Below, in pieces: positions 10,027 through 18,302 of a DNA stretch of 64,000 nucleotides. The notes below the pieces were generated by a model, which was not told where the DNA came from, ran no database searches, and saw nothing but the letters and a program-made list of their open reading frames with translations. Source of the stretch: an uncultured Clostridia bacterium (GTDB lineage: Bacteria > Bacillota > Clostridia > Christensenellales > CAG-917); NCBI GenBank assembly GCA_963542015.1, contig CAUTUX010000007.1:3339-67338 (forward strand), given 5' to 3'. The position numbers were made by a program, and so were the translations under genes. The stretch's first letter is position 1. Each line of letters begins with the position of its first letter.

Positions 10027-11430
10027 TTATTTATTCTTTCTAAACTTCTTAAAAAATTCAGGAACTTTATTTCTTGCTGAAACTCGAGATGCATTTACTA
10101 CAGTTTCATTTTCAACTGGTCTTGGTTGGTATATTTGTGGCTGAGGCTGTACAGGTTGCTCAGGCTGAGGTGTAGGCTGAAAACTTGCCGTGGCAGTCAT
10201 TGGTCTTTGAGTAGCGAAAGCAGATGTCGAATTATTATTCAAAGAACTTTGCATACTCGCCAACGCACTATCATATTGTTTGTCCAACTCTTTTTTAGTG
10301 TTAACCGAAACGCTTGCATTCTTAGCAAATTTATCAGTGAAACCAGTGGCAATAATTGTAATCTCAATATCAGTCATTCCAGGCTCTAAACCTGTTCCAA
10401 CGATCATATTAACCTTATCGTCAGCCACTTCCTTAATAATTGAACATGCACTTTCAACTTCGCTAAGCATCATATCTTCTCCACCTTTGATATTAACTAT
10501 AATACCTGTAGCACCTTCAATATCCGTCTCAAGTAATGGGCTGTATACGGCACCTTTAACAGCTGAAAGAATACGATTTTCTCCCTTACCTTTACCCATA
10601 CCCATATGTGCTAAACCTTTATTGAGAAGTATTGTTCTAACATCGGCAAAATCTAAATTTATAAGTGAATGGTTTGCGATAACATCTGTTACACCTTGGA
10701 CAGCTTGTCTCAAAACATCATCGGCAATTTCAAATGCTCTCTTGAATGAAACATTTGCATTTAATACTTCGAGCAACTTCTGATTTGGAATAACCAATAA
10801 AGTATCAACAAACTTGCTTAAGTTTCTAATTCCAATTTCAGCATTACGCATTCTGATTACGCCTTCAAAATCAAATGGTTTTGTTACAACAGCTACTGTT
10901 AAGATCCCCATCTCTTTTGCAACTTTAGCTATAATAGGTGCAGCACCAGTTCCTGTTCCACCTCCCATTCCAGCTGTTATAAAAAGAAGGTCAGTATCTT
11001 CAAGGGTTTCTCTGATTTTATCAATAGACTCTTCAGCAGAAGCTCTTCCAACCTCAGGATTTGCACCAGCTCCCAATCCACCAGTTTTCATTTCACCAAT
11101 TTGAACCCTGGATGAAGGTTCGACCAATGATTTTGACAATGCTTGCATATCGGTGTTCATAACAACAAAGTGAGCACTTTCAATACCAGCACGAATCATA
11201 TTATCAACAGCGTTGTTACCACCGCCACCTATTCCAACAACTACTATCTTAGCTTCACCAATTTTCTTATATGAAACTTCTTCAGCATTTGACGGAATAA
11301 TATATGATTCGAATTCATCTTCAGAATCATCAATATTTTGTTCTTCAACTACTTTTGGCTCTTCTTTTTCAAATTCTTCACTTGGATTTTCACCAACTTT
11401 ACCTAATCCTAATTTCTCAAAATCTAACAT
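10027..11430 (-). CDS. ftsZ: cell division protein FtsZ (with a roughly 60-aa acidic N-terminal extension)
   Basis: VGIGGGGNNAV and GGGTGTGAAP tubulin signatures, and a C-terminal peptide VPEFFKKFRK. I place the start at ATG 11430, preceded by AAGAGGTG. The track start at 11436 is a GTG lying inside the SD. Confidence 0.95.
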   Translation of the reverse strand: MLDFEKLGLGKVGENPSEEFEKEEPKVVEEQNIDDSEDEFESYIIPSNAEEVSYKKIGEAKIVVVGIGGGGNNAVDNMIRAGIESAHFVVMNTDMQALSKSLVEPSSRVQIGEMKTGGLGAGANPEVGRASAEESIDKIRETLEDTDLLFITAGMGGGTGTGAAPIIAKVAKEMGILTVAVVTKPFDFEGVIRMRNAEIGIRNLSKFVDTLLVIPNQKLLEVLNANVSFKRAFEIADDVLRQAVQGVTDVIANHSLINLDFADVRTILLNKGLAHMGMGKGKGENRILSAVKGAVYSPLLETDIEGATGIIVNIKGGEDMMLSEVESACSIIKEVADDKVNMIVGTGLEPGMTDIEITIIATGFTDKFAKNASVSVNTKKELDKQYDSALASMQSSLNNNSTSAFATQRPMTATASFQPTPQPEQPVQPQPQIYQPRPVENETVVNASRVSARNKVPEFFKKFRKNK

Positions 11431-11439
11431 ATTCACCTC

Positions 11440-12564
11440 TTAATAATATGTAATCCGTTTATTGTAGTAGCCATTGATTAACTGCATCAATGAAGCTATA
11501 TTTACCTTTGAAAGCTCTCTAAACTTAGGAAAGTTTGAAGATATCAATTCAACATTCTTCCCTATTTTGTCTTCTAAAATTCGATTAATTCCTCTTATAC
11601 CTGAAAGTCCATATCCTGTTAGATATATAGGACTGTATTCTGGAACTTTTTCTAAATTATATCCAATTACTTCTTTTATTAAATCGAATATTAAATCTAT
11701 TCTTGATTTAACAATTTGATACAAATAATATGTATCAATTTCATAACCCTTAAATACTTCAACTCCTATCTCTGCATAATTCATAGTGAAGTCCATGCTG
11801 TATAAAAATTCTTCTAAAGTATCAAACGGCAAATCAACCAGCTCATACATGTCAGCTACAATGTCAGCTGCACCTGTAGAAATTGATTTCATATCAAGTA
11901 TCCCTTCTCCCTTACCAAGGATTACTGATGTAGACAAATAACCAATATCAATCATAATATAAGGCACTGTGCGTCTATTATCATCCAACAAGGACATCCC
12001 TTGAGCCCAAGCTGTAGAAATGAATTTGATTAATTTAAATTTAAATCTCTTTAAAATTACAAGCATCACATTTACATACTTGTCTTCAGCAAATATATAT
12101 GTAACCTTGCCTTGAATCTTCGATGCCTTCTTACCCCTAACATCATAAAATGATTCATTTGATTTATCAGTCTTTATCTCAATCAACGACTTGTTAATGC
12201 AAGTATATCCCTTTGATTTAAAGGTGTTTCCTTTCTGAATCAAAAATTTAATGTCATCATCAACGACTTCTCTTTCTCTTCCGAAACTAACATTAACTGT
12301 TGACTTCCTTGAAGAACAAAATTCGGTTGGAACACTAATATAAACTTCTCTAGGTAATTTTTTTGTGAGACTCTTTAATGTTTCTAATATAGTTATAATT
12401 GTATCACTTACCTCAGTTACATTTAAGAAATCCCCTTCGCAAAATCCAGAATAATTTTTGTGAATTTCATTTTTTACACTAAAAATGCCAGCACTCTTTT
12501 TTGTGCCTACTAAACCTGTTATTTTTCTTGAATCCACATCAATTATAAGGATATCTCTTTGCAT
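11440..12564 (-). CDS. ftsA: FtsA-like actin-fold cell division protein (divergent, short)
   Basis: 374 aa. Sits immediately upstream of ftsZ. Actin-fold phosphate motifs IIDVDSRKITGLVG and MIDIGYLSTSV. Shorter than typical FtsA. Confidence 0.65.
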   Translation of the reverse strand: MQRDILIIDVDSRKITGLVGTKKSAGIFSVKNEIHKNYSGFCEGDFLNVTEVSDTIITILETLKSLTKKLPREVYISVPTEFCSSRKSTVNVSFGREREVVDDDIKFLIQKGNTFKSKGYTCINKSLIEIKTDKSNESFYDVRGKKASKIQGKVTYIFAEDKYVNVMLVILKRFKFKLIKFISTAWAQGMSLLDDNRRTVPYIMIDIGYLSTSVILGKGEGILDMKSISTGAADIVADMYELVDLPFDTLEEFLYSMDFTMNYAEIGVEVFKGYEIDTYYLYQIVKSRIDLIFDLIKEVIGYNLEKVPEYSPIYLTGYGLSGIRGINRILEDKIGKNVELISSNFPKFRELSKVNIASLMQLINGYYNKRITYY

Positions 12565-12565
12565 A

Positions 12566-13156
12566 CTATCTTCCAGCTCCTATTGCTATTCTTATATCTG
12601 ATGTGTCGCAAACCTTCAAAGCCTCTTGTAAATCTTTAATTTCATCTTCTTCAAAACTCATGTTCTCATTACCGTTATTAATGAACAATAATTCAACTCC
12701 ATTTGCCTCACACAGAGAAAAAACTATTTCCGCACCATATCTCAACAACCTGTCTTTATGAGTTAATATGAGGCGCTTAACTTTGCCCTGTGCAATATAA
12801 GCACAAAGTTCCTTAAGACCTTTCTTGTAGAAATTAAGCCCACTCCCAACTTCCTGAATCAATTTGTAATCATAACCTTGCTGAGCACAATACTTATTTA
12901 GAACTTCAATTTGTCTGGCTAAATCAACAATTTGATTTTTATTTGCCACTCTTGCATATGCTATTGTTAAACGATTTTCATTATTTGAATAACTATTTCT
13001 TTTAAATATTGAAAGAGTCTCATAGCTGTATCTACGAGCTCCACCTTGGGTCTTTTTATCTGGAACCAACTGACCAGACTTATCCCAATTTCTTAATGTC
13101 TGTATTGAAACACCTAAAATTTCAGCTGTCTGACCAATCGTTAAATACCTGTTCAT
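12566..13156 (-). CDS. IS607-type MerR-HTH + serine-recombinase-domain protein with the nucleophile Ser replaced by Ala (probably domesticated and non-catalytic)
   Basis: 196 aa. MerR-like HTH TIGQTAEILGVSIQTLRNWDKSGQL. Resolvase-domain motifs YARVANKNQ, EVGSGLNF and KDRLLRYG. Ala71 (GCA, 12944-12946) sits where YARVS carries the catalytic Ser. The TAG stop is 1 nt before the ftsA ATG. Confidence 0.8.
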   Translation of the reverse strand: MNRYLTIGQTAEILGVSIQTLRNWDKSGQLVPDKKTQGGARRYSYETLSIFKRNSYSNNENRLTIAYARVANKNQIVDLARQIEVLNKYCAQQGYDYKLIQEVGSGLNFYKKGLKELCAYIAQGKVKRLILTHKDRLLRYGAEIVFSLCEANGVELLFINNGNENMSFEEDEIKDLQEALKVCDTSDIRIAIGAGR

Positions 13157-13162
13157 GCTATA

Positions 13163-13191
13163 AGTATAAACAATTGGAAGTTTGATGTAAA
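13163..13191 (-). promoter_or_regulatory. sigma70-type promoter TTTACA-17-TATACT, leaderless configuration, for the recombinase-like/ftsA/ftsZ unit
   Basis: -35 at 13191..13186 and -10 at 13168..13163, then 6 nt (tatagc) to ATG 13156. No SD-like purine run. Confidence 0.5.
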
Positions 13192-13202
13192 GTATTTTCT
13201 AT

Positions 13203-13229
13203 AAAAAACAACAAAATTTGTTGTTTTTT
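13203..13229. terminator. AT-rich palindromic hairpin between the 154-aa gene and the recombinase-like gene (weak or partial terminator)
   Basis: AAAAAACAACA-aaatt-TGTTGTTTTTT. It is symmetric, so it folds on either strand. It separates the mraZ-rsmH unit from the ftsA-ftsZ unit. Confidence 0.3.
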
Positions 13230-13236
13230 ATATGTT

Positions 13237-13701
13237 TTATTTGTTGATTACTTTTTCTAATGAAATTTGTTTGATAGAACTTATTGGAGTTTTTACTCTT
13301 CCAGCATTTATAGCTTTATAATTTCCAAGTATTAAACCCAATACTAAAACTACGAAACTTACATATCCTGTTACTAAAAGTTTTGCTTTCCAATTTAACT
13401 TTGCTTTTTTCTTAGCTCTTTTATTTGTTTCTTCTCTGATTTGTTCTGCTAATGCAACTTCTTGCATTTGAGCAACTGCAGTAGCGTCTTCATATGTATC
13501 GGCGGATAAGTCAGAAGTTGCAGCTTTATTTGATGTGGTTTCTGTTTCAGTACTAGTATTTTGAATTCCTGAACCAAAAAATGGTCTTTGTACTGTTTGA
13601 AATCCTACATTGGTACCGGTATATTCTTCAAATGTAGGAAAAGCACTCATCATTGTGTCTGTCTTTTCTCTTACTAATTCTTCTGTTGCTACTGCCATCA
13701 T
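13237..13701 (-). CDS. hypothetical single-pass membrane protein (position of FtsL/DivIC-type genes)
   Basis: 154 aa. Acidic/Thr-rich N-terminal part, a basic stretch KRAKKKAKLNWK, then TM helix LLVTGYVSFVVLVLGLILG and a roughly 27-aa tail. Confidence 0.55.
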   Translation of the reverse strand: MMAVATEELVREKTDTMMSAFPTFEEYTGTNVGFQTVQRPFFGSGIQNTSTETETTSNKAATSDLSADTYEDATAVAQMQEVALAEQIREETNKRAKKKAKLNWKAKLLVTGYVSFVVLVLGLILGNYKAINAGRVKTPISSIKQISLEKVINK

Positions 13702-13712
13702 ATACCTCCCCT

Positions 13713-13967
13713 TTATGCAACAATCAAATCTGATTGACTGTTAGAACAAATTGCATTTTGATTATCACTGCTTGTTAAATCTATAAAGCTACACAAGTTT
13801 GAAATCATACAATTAATTGAATCCATTTCTCTTTCTACTTCAGAACAACTGGCGAATATGTCATCTTCAAGTCTTTCAATACTTATTACATTTCCCTGTT
13901 GCGTAACTACTAAATCTTCTGTAGTTAAATCAAACAATGTTCTTGGTTGTACCGCTGTTGCTATCAT
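13713..13967 (-). CDS. hypothetical small acidic protein
   Basis: 84 aa. ATGA overlap with the rsmH stop suggests translational coupling. No recognisable motif. Confidence 0.45.
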   Translation of the reverse strand: MIATAVQPRTLFDLTTEDLVVTQQGNVISIERLEDDIFASCSEVEREMDSINCMISNLCSFIDLTSSDNQNAICSNSQSDLIVA

Positions 13968-14905
13968 GACTCTATTCTCCTTTTTTCTATTATTCTCAGT
14001 TTTGCTGATTGAGACCTTTTATTCTCTAACAACTCGCTCTGAGTAGCTAATATTGGTTTCTTGTTTATTAGTTTTATAATTTCTTTTTTTCCACACACAC
14101 ATTTAGGTAATTCTTTTGGACATGTACAACCTTGACTGTATTCAACAAATTTCGATTTGACTATTCTATCTTCCAAAGAATGGAATGTTATTACCGCCAT
14201 TCTGCCAGACGGTTTTAGAAGAGATATTGCATCATCTATAAATGAATCTAAATCTTCTAACTCACCATTAACTGCTATTCTTATTGCTTGGAAAGCCTTT
14301 TTGGCTGGATGAGAACCTGTGTGTAAAAATTTTTCCGGATAAGACATCTTAATTATGTCTACAAACTGGGTCGTACTTACAATCGCATTTTTCTTTCTTT
14401 CGTTTACGATATTTTTCGCAATTTTATACCAATTTTGCTCCTCTCCATAGTCTCTTAATATTTTCCCTATTTGTTGCTCTGAATATGTGTTTAATATTGT
14501 ATATGCTGTTAACTCTTGATTTCTGTTCATTCTCATGTCAAGGTTTGCATCTTTCATGTAGCTGAATCCTCTTTCTGGATTATCTAATTGGTATGAAGAA
14601 ACTCCTAAATCAGCCAAAATTCCATCAACTTGTTCAATCTTTAAATCTGCGAGGATTTGTTTTAAATTTTTAAAATCACTGTTGATATATGTAATATTTG
14701 AAAATCTTTTAAGCCTTTCTTTACTATGGTTTATTGCCTCAATGTCTTTATCAATACAAATTAATTTACTATTCGTAATCCTGTTACAAATCTCTTCAGA
14801 ATGACCGCCACCACCTAATGTGCAATCAACATAAACACCGTTATTTTTAATGTTAAGTCCGTCTATGCATTCGGACAACAAAACCGGTTTATGGTTAAAT
14901 TCCAT
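13964..14905 (-). CDS. rsmH: 16S rRNA (cytosine1402-N4)-methyltransferase
   Basis: 313 aa. HKPVLL and DCTLGGGGHS SAM-binding motifs. Downstream of mraZ. Confidence 0.95.
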   Translation of the reverse strand: MEFNHKPVLLSECIDGLNIKNNGVYVDCTLGGGGHSEEICNRITNSKLICIDKDIEAINHSKERLKRFSNITYINSDFKNLKQILADLKIEQVDGILADLGVSSYQLDNPERGFSYMKDANLDMRMNRNQELTAYTILNTYSEQQIGKILRDYGEEQNWYKIAKNIVNERKKNAIVSTTQFVDIIKMSYPEKFLHTGSHPAKKAFQAIRIAVNGELEDLDSFIDDAISLLKPSGRMAVITFHSLEDRIVKSKFVEYSQGCTCPKELPKCVCGKKEIIKLINKKPILATQSELLENKRSQSAKLRIIEKRRIES

Positions 14906-15354
14906 TACTTACCTAAATTTTCAAGTTTCCTTAGGACCTCAGCAAAGTTGTTAGCCTTACTTATTCCTTCATCTATCTTATTTCTATCATCTTCAGACCA
15001 TATTTCTATGTAATCGCCCATTCCAATGGTAGAAATGTTTTTTTTGATATTTGCTAAATTAACCAAATTTATATCAAGTGTCACTCTTCCTTGATTGTCA
15101 ATTTCAACTTGTTGGCTGTTAGACATGATAAATGTTCTAACATCAGCCAATTCACTGTTCCCATAGAATCCAACATCCAATTGACTAATAAGTGCATCAA
15201 ATTTATCTTCTGTGAGTATATATAAGCATTTCAATTCTCTGCCAGGACAAATATATAAAGGTTCATTTTCACTAAAAAAAGGTTTGAATTTTGTAGGTAC
15301 TCTGAATCTGTTTCTTTCATCCAGTTGATGACTGGATTTCCCTATTACTTTCAC
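14905..15354 (-). CDS. mraZ: division/cell wall cluster transcriptional regulator MraZ
   Basis: 149 aa. Two SpoVT/AbrB-like repeats with DERNRFRVP and DNQGRVTL (DxxxR motifs). GTG start preceded by AAGGAG. Confidence 0.9.
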   Translation of the reverse strand: MKVIGKSSHQLDERNRFRVPTKFKPFFSENEPLYICPGRELKCLYILTEDKFDALISQLDVGFYGNSELADVRTFIMSNSQQVEIDNQGRVTLDINLVNLANIKKNISTIGMGDYIEIWSEDDRNKIDEGISKANNFAEVLRKLENLGK

Positions 15355-15400
15355 AATTCGCTCCTTTTTGTGGCGTAATTTAAAGATACTATAGGCATTT

Positions 15401-15447
15401 GACCCAAGTCAACCCATTTTGACCAATTAATTAACAAAATTGCCCCA
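15401..15447 (-). promoter_or_regulatory. putative MraZ operator: phased TGGGN-type direct repeats upstream of mraZ
   Basis: On the minus strand: TGGGTC (15406..15401), TGGGTT (15416..15411) and TTGGTC (15426..15421), exactly 10 bp apart. A further TGGGGC lies at 15447..15442. The repeats sit 47-93 nt upstream of the mraZ start and overlap a TTGACT/TATCTT promoter candidate. Confidence 0.6.
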
Positions 15448-15664
15448 ATAATTAATAATCTTGGATTTATGTTGCATTTTAGTTTAAATTTTAATTAAAA
15501 ACATCAATGTAATTTTCAGTTTTAAGCATATTTTAAACAAAATTAGTTAATTTTTTAACTATCATCTAGGAGTCTATTTGCAAACCATAATTTGCTGACA
15601 AAATTGCCACAACATTCTTTAATTTCTTTCCAAAATTCTTCAAATTTATTGATTTTTAAAAATA

Positions 15665-15673
15665 TGCTATAGT
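15665..15673 (+). promoter_or_regulatory. extended -10 promoter (TGcTATAGT) placed for a leaderless transcript
   Basis: TG at 15665-15666 and TATAGT at 15668-15673. Only 7 nt (tttaaat) separate it from ATG 15681, with no SD. Confidence 0.45.
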
Positions 15674-15680
15674 TTTAAAT

Positions 15681-16370
15681 ATGAAAATCTTTGCAATTAG
15701 CGACCTTCATGTTTCAACATTTGACAAGCCGATGGGAATATTTGGAGATCATTGGATAAATCATTTTGAAAAAATTAAAAGCGATTGGCTATCTAAGGCA
15801 ACTGATGAAGATATTGTTATTTTAGCTGGAGATATTTGCTGGGCTATGAATATTGAAGAAGCTAAATCGGACTACTCTCTTTTTATGAACTTACCTGGAA
15901 TCAAAATTATTTGCAAAGGGAATCATGAATACTATTGGAATTCACTATCTAAGATGCAGAAGGCTTTCCCAGATTTATATTTTATACAAAATAATGCCTA
16001 TAAAATTAATGAATATATATTTTGTGGAACACGAGGTTGGGATATCCCGAATAAGGATTCAACCCCAGAAGATATTAAAATTTATAATAGAGAAATAGAA
16101 AGATTAAAACTTTCATTAAATCAAGCTAAGAAATTACAAACCAATAATGAAAAAATAATTGTTCTTACCCACTTCCCACCATATGCATATCCAAATACAA
16201 ATAGTGAATTTACAAAATTATTTGAAGAATTTAATGTTAAGGCTGTTGTATTTGGACACTTACATGGTATGTCAATAAAATTCCCTACTTATCAAACACA
16301 CAACAATATCGAATACTACTTAACTTCAGCAGATCAAATTGATTTTAAGTTAGTTGAAATCAATTTATAA
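15681..16370 (+). CDS. metallophosphoesterase (calcineurin-like)
   Basis: 229 aa. Motifs ISDLH, GDICW, GNHEYYW, THFPP and GHLHG. Confidence 0.8.
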   Translation: MKIFAISDLHVSTFDKPMGIFGDHWINHFEKIKSDWLSKATDEDIVILAGDICWAMNIEEAKSDYSLFMNLPGIKIICKGNHEYYWNSLSKMQKAFPDLYFIQNNAYKINEYIFCGTRGWDIPNKDSTPEDIKIYNREIERLKLSLNQAKKLQTNNEKIIVLTHFPPYAYPNTNSEFTKLFEEFNVKAVVFGHLHGMSIKFPTYQTHNNIEYYLTSADQIDFKLVEINL

Positions 16371-16952
16371 CGATAATATTTCGTCGATCTTCTCGTAGAC
16401 TTTATCTCGTCCTAGATTTTTCAATCCAGAGTAATCAATAATATTATCTATTCCAATACCCAGAGTTGAATATATTATTTTTTTTGCTTTAACTAATTCA
16501 TTTTTAGAAAGTTTGTCTATCTTGTTCGCGATTACTGTAAATGGGATACGATAGTGGTTAAAATAGTTCATCATCAGCATGTCATCTTCTCTTGGCTTAT
16601 GCCTTACATCCACTAAAAAAAACACATGTTTTAAAGATTGTGACTGGATAAGATAAGTTTCAATAAGCTTTCCCCATTTGATTTTTTCTTCCTTTGAAAC
16701 TGTGGCGTAGCCATAACCTGGTAGGTCAACAAAATAAAAATCGCCATCGTTAATCTTGAAATAATTTATAAGCCGTGTGCATCCTGGTTTGGAAGAAGAT
16801 TTTGCAATTTTTTTATTATTGAGAACTGAATTAATAAATGTGGACTTGCCTACATTTGATTTGCCAATAACTGCAAACTCATTTGATGTATTTTTTAAAA
16901 TAGCATCGGGCTTTGCAACTGAAATGACAAAATCGGCACTTTTAATTTTCAT
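16365..16952 (-). CDS. engB: ribosome biogenesis GTP-binding protein YsxC/EngB
   Basis: 195 aa. G1 [10 protein letters not shown]3 DLPGYG, G4 NKIDK. The clpX-engB order matches many Firmicutes. Confidence 0.9.
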   Translation of the reverse strand: MKIKSADFVISVAKPDAILKNTSNEFAVIGKSNVGKSTFINSVLNNKKIAKSSSKPGCTRLINYFKINDGDFYFVDLPGYGYATVSKEEKIKWGKLIETYLIQSQSLKHVFFLVDVRHKPREDDMLMMNYFNHYRIPFTVIANKIDKLSKNELVKAKKIIYSTLGIGIDNIIDYSGLKNLGRDKVYEKIDEILSL

Positions 16953-18301
16953 TCACTTTGTTTTGCTTTAGTTTTTCTTTCTGTTTTTTTTACAGCCTTG
17001 TTTTCTGTTTGTTCCTTCTTTTCGCTTTCTCTTATTATTTCTGGTTCTAAATCTTTAGCAATTGTATCACCATCAATAATTATCTTTACAATATCTTTTT
17101 CATCAGGAACTCTATACATTAAGTCAAGTAACTTGTTCTCCAAAATAGATCTCAAACCTCTGGCACCTGTACCTAATGCAATTGCTTTCTTTGCAATTTC
17201 ATTTACAGCTTTTTTAGTTACCTCAAGTTTTACTCCATCTAAATCAAACTGAAGTTGATATTGTTTAATTAATGAATTTTTAGGTTTAACAAGTATTTCC
17301 TCAAGCATCTCTTCCGTTATTTCATGTAAGCCAACTACAACTGGGATTCTTCCTACTAATTCTGGAATGAGTCCATAACGTATTAAATCAACTGGAGCAA
17401 TGTCCTTAATTAATTCCATATATTTTTCTTCATCTTTTGTGCGTATCTTAGATCCAAATCCTAAAGAAGATGAATTCTTTCTTTTATCAATAACTTTTTC
17501 AATATCAACAAAAGCACCACCACATATGAATAAAATATTCTTTGTGTTAATTGAAACCATTTCTGCCTGTGGATGTTTTCTTCCGCCTTTTGGTGGGAAT
17601 GTAGCGTTAGTACCTTCGATTATTTTTAATAGCGCCTGTTGAACACCTTCTCCACTAACATCACGGGTTATAGATACTTCTCCACTTTTTCTTGCAATTT
17701 TATCAAACTCATCAATGTATATAATACCCATCTCTGTTTTTTCAATATCTTCATCGGCGTTGTAATAAAGCTTTTGAACTATACTTTCTACATCATCACC
17801 AACATATCCAGCTTCTGTTAAAGTCGTAGCGTCAGCAACAGCAAATGGAACATCTAATATTGCTGCCAAAGTTTTAGCAAGTAAAGTCTTTCCACTTCCA
17901 GTAGGTCCTAACAAAAGAATGTTAGATTTGTCCAAATGACATGGATCTCCATTTTCATCTACATTGCCAAGTTCATCTAACATTACTCTTTTGTAATGAT
18001 TGAAAACTGCAACACTTAATACTTTTTTTGCTTCGTCCTGTCCAATGATATATTCGTCAAGTTTTTCCTTTATTTTCTTTGGAGTAAAGTTATTTTTAAA
18101 TGCAACTATATCCTTTTCTGTTTCTACAACTTCCTGTTCTTTGTCCTTACCTACCTCTCTTCTGAGATATCTTGTAAATAATTTGTGTGCAGACTCATAA
18201 CACTCATTACATATATATTTTTGAGGGCTGAGTTCAACCAACCCAATTACTTCAGATTCATTTTTATTACAAAATTCACATTTTGCTTTTTCTATTTTCA
18301 T
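16949..18301 (-). CDS. clpX: ATP-dependent Clp protease ATP-binding subunit ClpX
   Basis: 450 aa. N-terminal zinc-binding CEFCNK...CNEC, Walker A GPTGSGKT and IYIDEFDK. Has a Lys-rich C-terminal tail. Confidence 0.95.
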   Translation of the reverse strand: MKIEKAKCEFCNKNESEVIGLVELSPQKYICNECYESAHKLFTRYLRREVGKDKEQEVVETEKDIVAFKNNFTPKKIKEKLDEYIIGQDEAKKVLSVAVFNHYKRVMLDELGNVDENGDPCHLDKSNILLLGPTGSGKTLLAKTLAAILDVPFAVADATTLTEAGYVGDDVESIVQKLYYNADEDIEKTEMGIIYIDEFDKIARKSGEVSITRDVSGEGVQQALLKIIEGTNATFPPKGGRKHPQAEMVSINTKNILFICGGAFVDIEKVIDKRKNSSSLGFGSKIRTKDEEKYMELIKDIAPVDLIRYGLIPELVGRIPVVVGLHEITEEMLEEILVKPKNSLIKQYQLQFDLDGVKLEVTKKAVNEIAKKAIALGTGARGLRSILENKLLDLMYRVPDEKDIVKIIIDGDTIAKDLEPEIIRESEKKEQTENKAVKKTERKTKAKQSE

Positions 18302-18302
18302 G

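Noticed and set aside
10126-11443. Plus-strand ORFs of 76-167 aa (10126-10389, 10280-10783, 10814-11104, 11213-11443) antisense to ftsZ
   Set aside because: Same shadow-ORF reasoning. The Gly/Ala-rich ftsZ codons give stop-free Pro/Ser/Ala-rich antisense frames, and there are no start signals. The same applies to the other antisense track ORFs: 24630-25022, 28711-29103, 38215-38643, 41226-42048, 44080-44409, 51281-52371 and 60154-60795.
12566-13156. An active IS607-family insertion sequence
   Set aside because: There is no tnpB/orfB gene and no recognisable element boundaries. The nucleophilic Ser is replaced by Ala, and the 3' end of the gene doubles as the ftsA ribosome-binding site. It is therefore treated as a domesticated gene, not a mobile element.
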